Assembly: GCA_965637545.1 (NCBI GenBank)
Contig: OZ281497.1
Coordinates: 20,274,001-20,338,000 of the forward strand
Length of the DNA: 64,000 nucleotides
Direction of reading: 5' to 3'
From: Phallusia mammillata
Taxonomy: Eukaryota
Below, piece after piece: positions 1-32,000 of this stretch. Each line of letters begins with the position of its first letter. Within the stretch, counting starts at the first letter, position 1. The translations under genes were made by a program, and so were the position numbers. The notes beneath the pieces were generated by a model. It did no database searches and was not told the DNA's origin. It saw nothing but the letters and a program-made list of their open reading frames with translations.

Positions 1-722
1 TACATGCCAGTTTTTGTTGTATTCCGAACTTTAATTTTAAAGATATCTCCGATTACTTTGTACGCATAAATTAGACGGTTCAGTCCAGCTTATAGTAGTC
101 TATGATGTGACGCAAATTTCGCATTTCACCGTGCTCAATCAAGCGAGAACAAAAGATTTCTCTGTACCCGGTAACCCGGCCTTGTTTTCGGAATGTCCCT
201 ATCGATTCGATTTTTAACAGCAAACAAACTTGGAAAGGAGTAGCATGTACATCATTCTGCACGAGCATATATTACCTTTTTTTGTGTGTAGTGTACTATA
301 CCACCACATCAAAGTTTACGGAATATGATTTGTGGTTTAAGTATACCAGAAGTTGTGTCTCGCAAGCGCCTTTTTAAGCCTTTCTGCTTTTCCACTGCAA
401 GCATTATGTACTAGGTGTTGTTTCAGATCTTGATCTTGTTTGTGAACAACAATCGAGCCCGTTTCAAAGCCTGCTTATTGATAGTGATTGAAAGCTTTCT
501 AACTGAAGCTTTCGATCTAAATTGTCTGAATGTCAAGTGTGCAAAAGTATTAAGATTGCCAATACTATAAAATATAGAAAAATAAACTATGCTTGCCAAA
601 TACCAATCAAAAAGCAGTGTTGATATGAGAATGTTTTTAATTTACTTAATTGTTTCCACAGCTTTTTTGTTATAATATTTATTAAAGATGGTAAGGTAAT
701 ACGCAAAGCCTCGTAAAAGTGC

Positions 723-3700
723 ATGGAGAAGTCTGCACCACAGTCCCGGCCCAAAGGGTTTGGCATGTTTCCAAGCATGCAAACTCAGGGAGCCTCAAAG
801 GGAAGACGAATGGATGAGGAGCTGCCACCTGGTGTGCTTCCTAATCAATTTAGTGGCAATCGACCAAGCTTTGAACCAATGCCTTTTGGTCAATTTAACC
901 CATACTCTGGCAACAACAGAAACGTTCCAGGTGGACTTACAGGAGGGTTTAACTTTCCCATGTCCCCTGGACAGACTGGTTTAAGTTCCCCAATGGAAGG
1001 ACTAAGTTTCACAGGGAAAGCTTCATCTCCTGGTTCAAAGTCCACTGATTCCGGCCGCTTTTTGCCTACATCTTCTTCCTCTGGCAGCATCAACACTCCC
1101 ACCAGGATGACCCCAGAGCATATTATCCGAACTTACAGTCAAGAAAGTGTTGGAAAGTTAAAGATTGAACCTGGCCATGAGGTGAGATCATGTATTTTAG
1201 ATTTTGCTTTGGTTTTTAATTACTCTACTGTTCTTTAAATTTGTAGTATATTTAGTGCAAGTGAACTGAGTAAAGTTGTTTTGAATGCTGCTCACAATTT
1301 GAACATTTTTTGATTTGCTGATTTAATTTGCGAATCATCTATTGTTACCAGGTTTGACTTGATTTTGTTTTTGTGTGATTTTTGATTTGGTAGCAGTGTG
1401 ATCATCTCTTGCAGTGATTTGTGTAAAATTATCCAACAGAAAAACAATAAATCATTATTACCAACAGTAAGGCATGAAATTTTTGAAAAGCAGAGTTGAA
1501 ATGTGGAAGTAGATTAAACTTTTTCAATGAAACCACCTCCAATTTGCATTCATTGTCAAAATTTTTTTGTCGAACCTGTGTATTTTCCACCTGTCAAGCT
1601 GAACAAGTTGCTGGAAATTAATAGCAGAAACTTTCTTTTTAAATGTTGTATTTTTGCGTAGGCTTTTGACTTTGTGGCTTCTGATCTTACTGACTATGGT
1701 GAGATTGGACGTGGAGCATTCGGTTCAGTTAATCGAATGGTGCACAAGAAGAGCAGAACAGAAATGGCTGTGAAGCGAATTCGATCGACTGTTGATGAAA
1801 GGGAACAAAAAAGACTGTTGATGGATCTGGATGTGGTAAGTTTAGCCTTAACTACCAAGGCAACAAGAAATAGGTTTTTGGTAACTTAAGATGAACATAA
1901 ATTCGTAACTGGGATCGAAGCTGACATGTGTAGCATATGAGACAGGCAACTGTGCTTGTGATTCCACTTTCGGCGGATTCTCCACTGAGCCTGCGTAGCT
2001 CAATTGGTAGAGCTGGAGTCCCGGATTGACTCCTGTCATGGGTTCGAATCCATATGGTGGTGAATGCTTGTTGACCGGCTGATTCGGTATGGCACCTTCA
2101 ATGGGCCTGGTGTACTCTGATTTTTGGTAACTTACTTGTTAAACATGATGCTCAAAATATAAGGTTCAAATGACTAACCATTGTGGTTCTTTAAAGGTGA
2201 TGAGAAGCAGTGATTGTCCTTACATTGTAAAGTTCTATGGTGCTTTGTTCTGGGAAGGCGATTGCTGGATTTGCATGGAACTAATGGCCACATCTCTGGA
2301 CAAGTTTTACCGCTTTGTCTACCACAGACAGAGTCAGAGAATTCCAGAGGAAATTTTGGGCAAAATTGCAGTTGCGACTGTCAAAGCATTGGATTACCTA
2401 AAAGTACAAGAGAAAAGTTTTTGTCAAGATTTTTTACATTGGTGCAATGTGTTACTTGTTTGTGATAAACAATTATTTGAACTTATTGGGTATGCTCACA
2501 CAAAAAGTACATTGCAAAATCTTATTCCAGTTGTGTATCAATAGTGCTAATTGAAAAAACAGAAAGTTTGTTCCTAATAAGAACATTTTTTGGTTTGCTG
2601 TTAGCGGTTGAGTTTCAAAACACTTGTTAAATTTCGATACAAACTAGGATTTTTTATGGCAATTCCCTGTGTATGGTGTTTACAGGATTGTATTGATTTT
2701 TGTGTGACTTTAAATGACTGTTTTGCGTTTCTAGGAAAAACTTCAGATCATCCACAGGGATGTAAAGCCTTCGAACATTCTCATCGACCGGGGTGGAAAC
2801 ATTAAGCTTTGTGACTTTGGTATTAGTGGCCATCTTGTTAATTCCATTGCACGCACAAGAGATGCGGGTTGCAGACCCTACATGGCCCCTGAGAGAATTG
2901 ACACCAGCAAGTCTCGTAATGGTAAGCCATTTTGCACTATACCAAGCAACCAAAGTGATAGCTCTGTTTAAATGTTTAGGTGCTGATGTTATTTCTGTAT
3001 TAAAAATATGTGGTTTTGTAGCAAATCATATTGATTGTTTTTTTACAGCAGCAAATCGTATTGATTAAATATGCTTTTTGTCAGTGGTGTTTGTTTGGGT
3101 TTTGCATTGGCAAGTGTTTGTTAAAATATACCTCACCTATTTCTTAGTGATAATTTATTAAAGCAATGATAAACCATGTTTTCACAATGGCAAAGCATGG
3201 TTTAACTTTTAGTCACTCTTTTGTATTGTTATCATATTGCTTACCAATGCCATGCCTCACATTTATGTTCAGGATATGATGTTCGTTCAGATGTGTGGAG
3301 TCTGGGAATCACTTTAATTGAACTCGCCACTGGCAATTTTCCATATCCTAAATGGAACAATGTGTTTGATCAGCTTACACAGGTTTGCTTGTGATCACTG
3401 TTAGCAATCTTTATTTAGTTGTAATGATATAAGGTCTTTACTTGCAGCATTGTTCGTTATTGTTTCATTCTCCATGGGTTGGCAATCACCATTAGTAAAC
3501 TGTTAAGCTGTCTGTTTTATTTAAAGTCTATTGAATCTGTTTTATTTGAATGTTTTTTTACTTGGGAAATTAATGATTACATGATTTGGTTTAATCCATG
3601 AGGTCTTCTAGTTTAGGGCAATGCCACCAAAGTTTTTTGCTGTTGCACACAGGTGGCATAGATAGGATTTAGCTAACCACTCAGCCATCATGTGGAAAAA

Positions 3701-4140
3701 GGTGTTTACATACACTTTACATGTATTGTTCTTGGTGCCATTTAAAAGTCTCCTGATCATTTTGTAAAAAGATGTGGCAACGGCAGAGATAGGGTAAAAT
3801 GTGCACAAACTGCTCTCATATATTATTTCTAAGCTCTGTGTTTTCATTGTGGACTTAATATTTTGTTTATATCCAGGTCGTGCGTGGGGAACCACCCAAG
3901 TTGCGTAGCAACATAAACGGCTTGGTTTTCAGCGATGGCTTTGTCAATTTTATAAACATGATGACCATTGCCGATTCGGATCAACGTCCCAAGTACGACA
4001 AGCTGCTGGCGGCCGATTACCTGCGCGCCATGACCCTACACCACGTCGACGTTGCTTTTTACTTTTGCTCGGTGCTGAACAGAATGACTGAAGCCGACTT
4101 TATGGGAGCCCCAGTGGTCGAAGATGGATTTCGTTACTAA
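723..4140 (+). CDS. MAP2K4: Dual-specificity MAP kinase kinase 4 (MKK4/SEK1), 6 coding exons, ~466 aa
   Basis: Exons 723-1181, 1662-1835, 2197-2403, 2735-2921, 3273-3382, 3877-4140 join in frame (1401 nt) with GT-AG introns. Motifs: [123 protein letters not shown]. These are MKK4-diagnostic (vertebrate activation loop GQLVDSIAKTRDAG). An in-frame stop at 714-716 precedes the ATG. Confidence 0.95.
1989..2060 (+). mobile_element. tRNA-derived SINE head or tRNA pseudogene in MKK4 intron 2
   Basis: A box TAGCTCAATTGGTAGAGC and B box GGTTCGAATCC at tRNA spacing. GGAGT/ACTCC anticodon-like stem with a 9-nt loop. The acceptor stem does not pair, so it is not a functional tRNA. Confidence 0.65.
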
Positions 4141-4230
4141 AAAAATTTGACAGTCACTTTTTTTCTCTGGAGGGTGACTTTGTTTTGAGAAGAAAGTTTG
4201 GCCCTCGCAGAATTTGTGGTTGTTCGTGCG

Positions 4231-4267
4231 TGACGTCATATCCCTTGTCCGCCGAGTCGTGACGTCA
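4231..4267. promoter_or_regulatory. Tandem full CRE palindromes (TGACGTCA x2) next to GC-box-like motifs, just 3' of the MKK4 stop
   Basis: TGACGTCA at 4231-4238 and 4260-4267; CCGCCC motifs follow at about 4284-4299. Function is not demonstrated. Confidence 0.3.
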
Positions 4268-5266
4268 TCAAGCGTGTTTGCATCCGCCCACTCCGCCCCC
4301 GTTTTGCCTTCTAGTATTATGTGATACGTTGTGACTTTGCTGTGTTTCTTGGCATATGTTGGATGAACAAACTGTCTTAGTTTTCCAGCATACTCGCGTT
4401 TTATCGTGTTGGACGTTTTACGTTTTAACTGTTAAAACAACCGCTGCAACTTTGCTCTCCTACTTACTTTTCCAGAACATTGCCTTTTTGGTTTTAGAGG
4501 TTTGAGTCACAAAAAAACGGATGCATCTGTGTTTGGTTCTCTGACTGGTTGGAGGTATCGAATGCTCCAAGCTTTACAAAAGCCTTTACTGAACCTGTGA
4601 CGTGACCTTATGAATCATGGGAGTGGGTTAAACGAGTGAATAAAAACACATAACACACAACCCGAGCGCCCTAATCCGCGCCGAGCCTATAGAGGTTAAA
4701 TTGATCCGACAAACTGGGAAATAACGAAACCTGGCAGTTGTGTGTTTGGGCCCCTTATAATATTTTGCCTTGAAAACATTTCACCTTGTAAGAGTTGGGT
4801 CGTTGATTTTTGTTCCAGTGGACAGTTGTGTATACTGTACCGCTTTGGCAATTTAGCGGTCAGGCAATACCCAGTGAATCATACAGATCGAAATGGGAGT
4901 CGCCAATCGATTTATTGGCATCCTGAAGTCGCCACAAACTTCTTAGTGACCTCTAACGTTGGGCTAATAATCGATTGTTGGTCGATGGAGACCAAACAAG
5001 GTTCGTCGCGAGGCACCCAGTTGAACCCGAACATTAGTTTATATTTTGTTCATTTTGTAAAACCTTCCAGGCCATAGCATCTCCCTGTTGCCATTTTCAA
5101 TGCGTACAAATTATTTGGATTGGTGCGATGTCAATTCTGTATGAACATTTTGCTTCGAATCGCAATTGAACGCTGATGGAAAGCTGCTTTGTTTGTATTT
5201 GCCGGCAAAAAACTTCCCTTAGCCCTTGCCAATGATTTTTACCACTATATTTTTCACAGTTACAAC

Positions 5267-5443
5267 CAGTGGTGGGATTAAGTTTTTTGTCTGCTGGTTC
5301 TATAACAAAACTTATATTTTTCAGCCGGTTCTGTTACAAAAAGTCCATCGACAGTAACCAGTAATGCTAAGGTTCGCTGATATCATAAAATTCCGTGAGA
5401 CGGTTCTATAGAACCGGTGCGAGCCGGCTGAATCCCACTACTG
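5267..5443. mobile_element. hAT-type MITE (177 bp)
   Basis: TIRs CAGTGGTGGGATT / AATCCCACTACTG. 8-bp flanks GTTACAAC / GTTAGAAC (7/8 TSD match). A related copy in the opposite orientation lies at 47571-47741. Confidence 0.85.
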
Positions 5444-7276
5444 GTTAGAACCCCTTCGAAATCGATTTCAGTCGTACTGTTGAATGCTTTTGAAATACTG
5501 GCCAAACTACGTTATTAAAGGTCTCTAAAATATTGGTTCAAATAACAATGCTCTGCTCTGAGTTTGTTGGTCAACAATTGCCTTGCTGCTTGCTTAACTG
5601 TTTAATTTTGATCCAAAACGTTTTTACGCTAACAAGCATTCTTTTCTTTCTGTAAGATCGTGTGCTTTACCTCGTTATGATTTGAGCAATGTATCAATTC
5701 AAAAACTTACTGGTCGCATTTTCCTTATCAAGCGATTTTACACTTTTTGAACATATAGAATGCTGCAGAAAGTATGTTGTCCACCTCAAAAACTTTAAAA
5801 ACGGCTCACCACTAGTAAAGTAGCATGCGTATGGAGTAACATGCAGTTTAATTGAAACCCTATAGTTCATGTACCGAAAACACGTGCTGCTGCCAAAGTC
5901 TTGGTCAAGACAAGCATTCTGCAATGGAAAAAGATTCCTTACTTTTACACCCACTAAACGCACGGTGTGAAAGAACACGGCATTCAAACAGTGTAGCACT
6001 CTTTTATTCAGCGACAAATGTGTGTTTCTGCTTGTACTTTTGCAAACGGCATTCCACGTGACGAAGGTTACTGTCGGTCGTTTGTCGTAAGAATATTATC
6101 GACGTCATATAAGAGTGTGTTGTGCGTTTGTAAGAAAGTGAACATTCCCTGTTTCTTCGCAGTTCAAACTTTTATGTGCGTGTCGCCGATTCTTCACCAA
6201 ACGCATTTTATCTATTGCCCCGCGTGTTCTATATTGCTGGGCACCCGTTAACGGTCCACGGCTGTCGCATTTGTTTGATTGCAATTTCTCTTTTAAAGAA
6301 ACTGGTTTAAATACACCCAAAAACAGTAACAAACTTGTGATGCCCATTTTGCTTACTTCGGGTCTTCTGGCGGTTTTCTTTTTTAATAATAGCTTGTTTA
6401 CCAAGCAAGTAATCCCAACTTCCAACATTGAAGCTCCCTGCTATTGTTCTGAAACCTCCGACTTAAAAAATGTCAAGCTCTTTTTTGTTTGAACTCCCTG
6501 AAAAGAATTGAGGCGTATTTTTTCGAATCACTAAATTGGCGATACTATCAGCTATGTTATTACTTCAAATTTGACTCATTTATTGTAGTTGTGGTATCCG
6601 CTTTTTTCGATGACTATCGATATATAGGTGCGATGTGGTTTACAGAAGGCACATCTTTCAAATGTGGAATGCCAATGCGATATGTGAACCGATGTTGTTT
6701 CGTTTGCATGCGAGTCGCCAACGCCGCGCACATAAGAAACAAATAAACCGCTTATAACTGTGAACTGAACGAAAGTCAGATCCGAAAGAGTAGTGCATTA
6801 CTGGTTGGAGTAAAAACTCTGTCCTCATTGAAGACACAAGAGTGGTTGAGAACGAAATAAGAAATTTCACATTTTCAAACAAAAGAGGAAAGTCTTTATC
6901 GTCAGTGCAGCTGAATGTTAGTAATCTTGCGAGTCGAATTCTAATAAACAACTGTAAACATTATTGTCAAAAATGAATTGTTCGGTATTTCGCAAATTAG
7001 AATTATGAGAGAAAAAGATATGCAGTCAACGTCACCTGAATGCTGAAATGCACACTTGGATTGCGTAATCAACTCACAGTCGGTTTCCGTTCTAACAATC
7101 AAATGTCAACATTACACCAAAACAATAAAAATATTGTAGAAATGCCAACAATGCGCCTAAATTAATAGCCGATTGCATGCATTGTAAACAAGGTCAAGTT
7201 TTGATACTTTTTGTTGAAACCGCCGTGAATCTGTATCACGAATCTTCAGCATCCTACTATTCTTGACTCACGATCA

Positions 7277-7288
7277 TGCGCATGCGCA
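7277..7288. promoter_or_regulatory. NRF1-type palindrome TGCGCATGCGCA in a CpG-richer segment
   Basis: Exact match to the NRF1/Ewg consensus. The gene it serves is unresolved. Confidence 0.35.
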
Positions 7289-8235
7289 ATTAAGCCACGT
7301 TTTTAACGAAAGGTCGAACTCACCGCTTCGGCTTGGATAGTTGGTTTGTAGTGCGGGTTACTACGTAGGGCGCGTAATTGGAAAACGTTGCAGTCCCTCA
7401 TGAGTTCTTCAGCAACAAAGGCGCACGAAGAGTCTTCTAAGCTGCCAGGTGGGTATTTATTGAATCAGTTGTATGTCAGTGATAAACTTTTTGTACCGCC
7501 AGTGCTGTATATAATTGTGTTTGAATATCCGGCAGTTTATTCTTACATGACAGATTGCGCCATCTTTGTTTCCTTTTTCTCTTGGAATAGGGTGTATCAA
7601 AATCGCGGGTATTTTGTCTGCAGAGTGCCTGCTGAGAAAAAAGATCAGCAAATTATTGTTCGTAGTACCACTAGTACGTCCTCACATACTAGTGCCCGCT
7701 TGTATAATTGCTACAATTGGTTAACGTTTAGTTTAGTCGTACTCGTAGTCGTACGGCAACACATGCAAAGTTGGATTATATGTTGAATTTATTGGGCCTC
7801 GTATGGAATGGTTCTGTATTATTTTATTCATCCTCGGCAAAGTTTATACACGTGTCTCATGCTGTTTTGTTTCACACAATATGTCTTCGTTTTGCAAGGA
7901 ATTTACTCGAGTCAATGAACAGTTTTTAAAGTTTTGTCACTTTGCCAAACCGAAAAATCTTCTCTGAAATCAATTGACCCTTTGTTTGTTGCTTCGAGGT
8001 GTTTCTTTGTGGTATTTTCGTAGCTTGCGCAGGGCATTGGGCACTGTAAAAACAAACACAGATCGGACCAAAACCTAGCCTATTAAAAATTATGGGATGC
8101 CCGTAGTCCATGGCAACCGACAACACGTGATCAATGGCGCCCATTGACGTGGAACGTAGAGAATAACTGATCGTCGTTTTAATCAGCAAACGCAAAGGCG
8201 CTTAACTGCAGTTTGTATTACGACCGCGGATAGTC

Positions 8236-28214
<19,979 letters not shown>

Positions 28215-29081
28215 CAAGACCATACACCTTGCTGCTGTATAAAAATAGGCATAATATGCTTTAAGCCTGCAAATATGCTCACACGTTGGGGAAATGCGCC
28301 TTTTGTGAAAAACGGGGTTATTCTGTGGCGGCGCCCATGTTAAAAAGCCCAATACGAAATGTTTTGTATCATAAGTGTACACAAGCGTGTTCTGGTCTTT
28401 TGAGGCAACACACTGACTTAACTTCATTATTCCTTCATTCGTCCGCTGTTACGCTTCCAGTTTGGTGCAACGGAATGTTTTCATCGCTTTCGTATTTTGT
28501 TGCCATTACAGGTGAACCGTGACTTAGAAAATTGTCGTTGTTTTCTTATTGTTAACCAAGTTCTAGACACTTCTGTTGGCGTATCACATACGCTTTATTT
28601 ATGTCTTGCGCAAATTCTTGTCGTTTCGAGCTTCGTCAATAAAAAATTCAATTGAACCAGTTGTTTGTAGTTTGAAACAATTTGTTCGTTTGTTATGCAC
28701 CGTGGACATATTCAACGTTGGGCCTCTTAAATTGGATGCTACTACGTCACCTTTTTACATTTGTTGTGTGGAACAAATATGGTCGAACAATAACCAGTTA
28801 TGTTTGTGCCGATATATTCAGAATAGTGTTATGGGGTGAAAGGTTGGTCAGCACTGGTATAAATTTGCGAAGGTTTGTGCTGTCATTCAAATCAATTAAC
28901 GCGCTTTTGTGATGTCATAGTCGTTATCATTCGGCTCTAGCCTTCAGTTTTTCACTTCGCGCATTTTTTTACACACTTGATACCGATGCCCTCGGGCTAC
29001 TAACGTTAAGCTGTTTGAAACGCCCGATAAATGATTCGAGTAGTTTTGTCAGCGAGGCTTGTATACAGCACAGTTTTCATC

Positions 29082-32000
29082 ATGAATTATAAATGGTGCC
29101 TTTTAAGTTTTGTTTGGGCTGGGCTTCTTGCAGGAAAATGTGTCAACTGTCAGGAAATAGGTAAGTGGAACTATAGTCATAAATATGAAGTAAAAGTAAA
29201 GGAATGTGTCTTTATTGAAGTATGCACTCTTCGTTTCAATACAGGTCTAACAGAGCGAATGTTTAAACACATATGAATGGTAATGTTGCCTAGTCTTGTA
29301 GGACCATCAAGCAATGCCGAATTTACAAATTGCGCTTTGTTGGTTTTGTGAAAAAAGTAATTATTTTGCATTTGTCATTTTATTCCTTGCAGTCATTCGT
29401 TCCAATGCAACCAGCACTAATTCTTCAACAACTACTACAAATGCCACGACTACAGAAGCAACGACAACGGCAGCTCCCATTACAATTGTTGATCCAAGTA
29501 AGACGTTAATATCAAAATGTTAGCATACCAAGCTTCCGATTGTAACTTTGTTATCCTTAAACTCGTTTCTCGACTTCAGCCATAAACCTATGCTTTTTAC
29601 ACAACATGCATTTTACAGCAGGAAACCTATGCTTTTTAAGGCAAGGAGACAGTTTTAACAAAAAAACACAACAAAATGTGGGATTACTTTTAATGTTGTT
29701 TTTAAATGAATGCAACTGAACAGATATTGTAACAATCTTTAATTTTATTTAGATCTTCCGTTTCCTACCAACATTAAAAAACTGCGAGAAACGTCCACCC
29801 AACTGACACTGACCTACCTGCCTCCTTCCAACTACCGAACGGACACTCGATATTCCCATTTTATAGTAGAGTTTCGAAGGGAAGGTGCAGCATCGAGCAA
29901 TATCTGGTAAGTCATGTCTTAACACAAACAATCGAACAAAGAAGACAAAGAATGTGGACAAACAAAAACAAAGATCTAGTTCTTTCTGTGCAGGTTCAGC
30001 AAAGAGATTGCTAAGACGTCCAATCCGAACTCACTGCAGTTAAATAATTTGCACAGCGGTGTGTTGTACAGCATACGAATGAGAAGTCTGAATATTGTTG
30101 GGAATAGACGAAGTATTTCACAGCCCTCACAAGCTATATTGGCAAGAACAAGTAAGTGCTTTATTGTGGTCCAATACTTGCGCAGGTTGACTCAAAAGGT
30201 TATGGTTTTTATAGAGCCTCCACCTATCTTTGATTTGAAAGTAAAACAGTCAGCGACTAAATGGACTGAAGTGAATGTAGCATGGAGCAGGGCACCATTC
30301 GAATTTCGCGGCCATGAGTATGACAAGGCGGTTTTGACTTATTACATACAAGGTAAACTTCGAATTTGAGTGATTTTAGATGCAAACTTCATACAACATT
30401 GTCTTTTTAAGGTATGAACGACGCACTGCGTTTAAGATACCCGCCACAAAATGTCACCGTACCTTACGTGCAAGCGGTTCTGGGTTCAAATACGCCGCCT
30501 GCTAGAGAGAACATCACACTATCCAACATGATCCTCGGAGCGTCATACGTATTTGATGTTGTGATGTTCAGCGATGGGGTCCAGCCGACAAAGAGTCATA
30601 TAGTGAGATCAAGTCTGACCACCAGTAAGTAGACATTCGATACTGGAATGGGTTTTTGCACGATAATGTTAACTGCATAGTATCAGTTTACTAATTCGTT
30701 ATATTATTCAAAACCCACAAAAACTATGGTATCAAACAAAAAAGAAAACTATGGTATCAAAATTTAAGATGCATATTTTTTTAGATACAGATGTTTCTGC
30801 TTAAAAGCAACTCTTTGCCAAGATTTTACCAGCAAATAACCCAAATATATGCAAAGATTATGATTAACTAGAGTCGCCTGTGCTTTAATACTAATGTTTA
30901 ACTATTAACTTACCAATAAAGAAACTTCATTGGATCACCTGGCTTCTTGAATTGCAGAGGTTCCGGGTCCCGTAGGTTTTACTAAACTTGGAGCAAGTGA
31001 AACAACGTTGTCAGTTGCATGGGAGGATAATCCGATTCTGGAAAATATTACTGGTTATCGACTTACGCTTACACGTCCCGATAACAACGCAACATCTAAA
31101 CCCTATACCACAACATCAAGAAACATTACAGTGGATTTTCTGCTTCCCGGTGCACTGTATGTGGTTCGTGTCGCCGCTGAACGTAACAACAGCGAGTTTG
31201 GAAAACTGTCAGAAGAATACGTGGGATATGCACGAACAAGTAACTATACTTTTGCAATTTATTATTTGAGTTAAAAGAAAAAAGCTATGGCAAATAAGGC
31301 CGATAAAGAGTTGTCTGTGGTCTAAACTTCCCCCGAACCCCAAAGCACAAGCACCCGGTCCAAACCATTTTTTGAAACGAAGCCAGTAGGCCCAAAGTTG
31401 GTAAAGTTGTGGCATAACCGATGCCGAGTGATTTTTATTACGGACCCATGTGGAATTAATTTGCAGTTTTACATTGTTTAGTTTGAACAAGTTCCTTCAT
31501 TTTCAAAGAACGCTACGTTTTTTGCTTGATTTTGGTTTGAAGTAAGGTTTGTCTTAAATGACATTCCTATCTAAACCAATTTGTGCCGGCCGGTAAAATA
31601 TTTTATGTTCCTTTAACAATGTCGATTCTCATTTTTTAGTTCCTTCAGCACCGCGCAACTTGAGTGTCGTGGATCGTAGCGAGCAAACAGCGTCCGTACG
31701 ATTTACTCTGCTCGCATCCAGTTTTTATAGTTTTTACTACATCACATCCAAGACAGCGGACAACAACACACAAGCAGTACTGACTTCAGATGTAGCCGTA
31801 AACAGTTCTGCTCGGGACCAAATAATTACTGTAAGTATTAGCTCTGGCAATTTTTGCTTTTGGGCCTTACTTTGAAAAACTTGAAATATACACTTTTATG
31901 CAGCATTTTCTTACCGGTTTACGATCAGGAGCACTATACAATTTCACAGTAACAGCTGTGAGTAAGAGCAATCTGTCTGAGGATGTAACGTTCAACTCAA

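Noticed and set aside
80-268. 62-aa minus-strand ORF upstream of MKK4
   Set aside because: No recognisable motif and no phase-consistent neighbouring exon within the window.
1989-2060. Possible functional tRNA gene
   Set aside because: The acceptor stem cannot pair and the anticodon loop is 9 nt; treated as a SINE head or pseudogene.
5694-6428. Minus-strand ORFs including a signal-like MGITSLLLFLGVF segment
   Set aside because: Several splice-like signals, but no model with consistent phases or a recognisable product could be built.
29753-29906. Apparent frameshift in the first FN3 exon
   Set aside because: Recounting the A run (6 A) gives a continuous frame PTNIKKLRETSTQL; no lesion.
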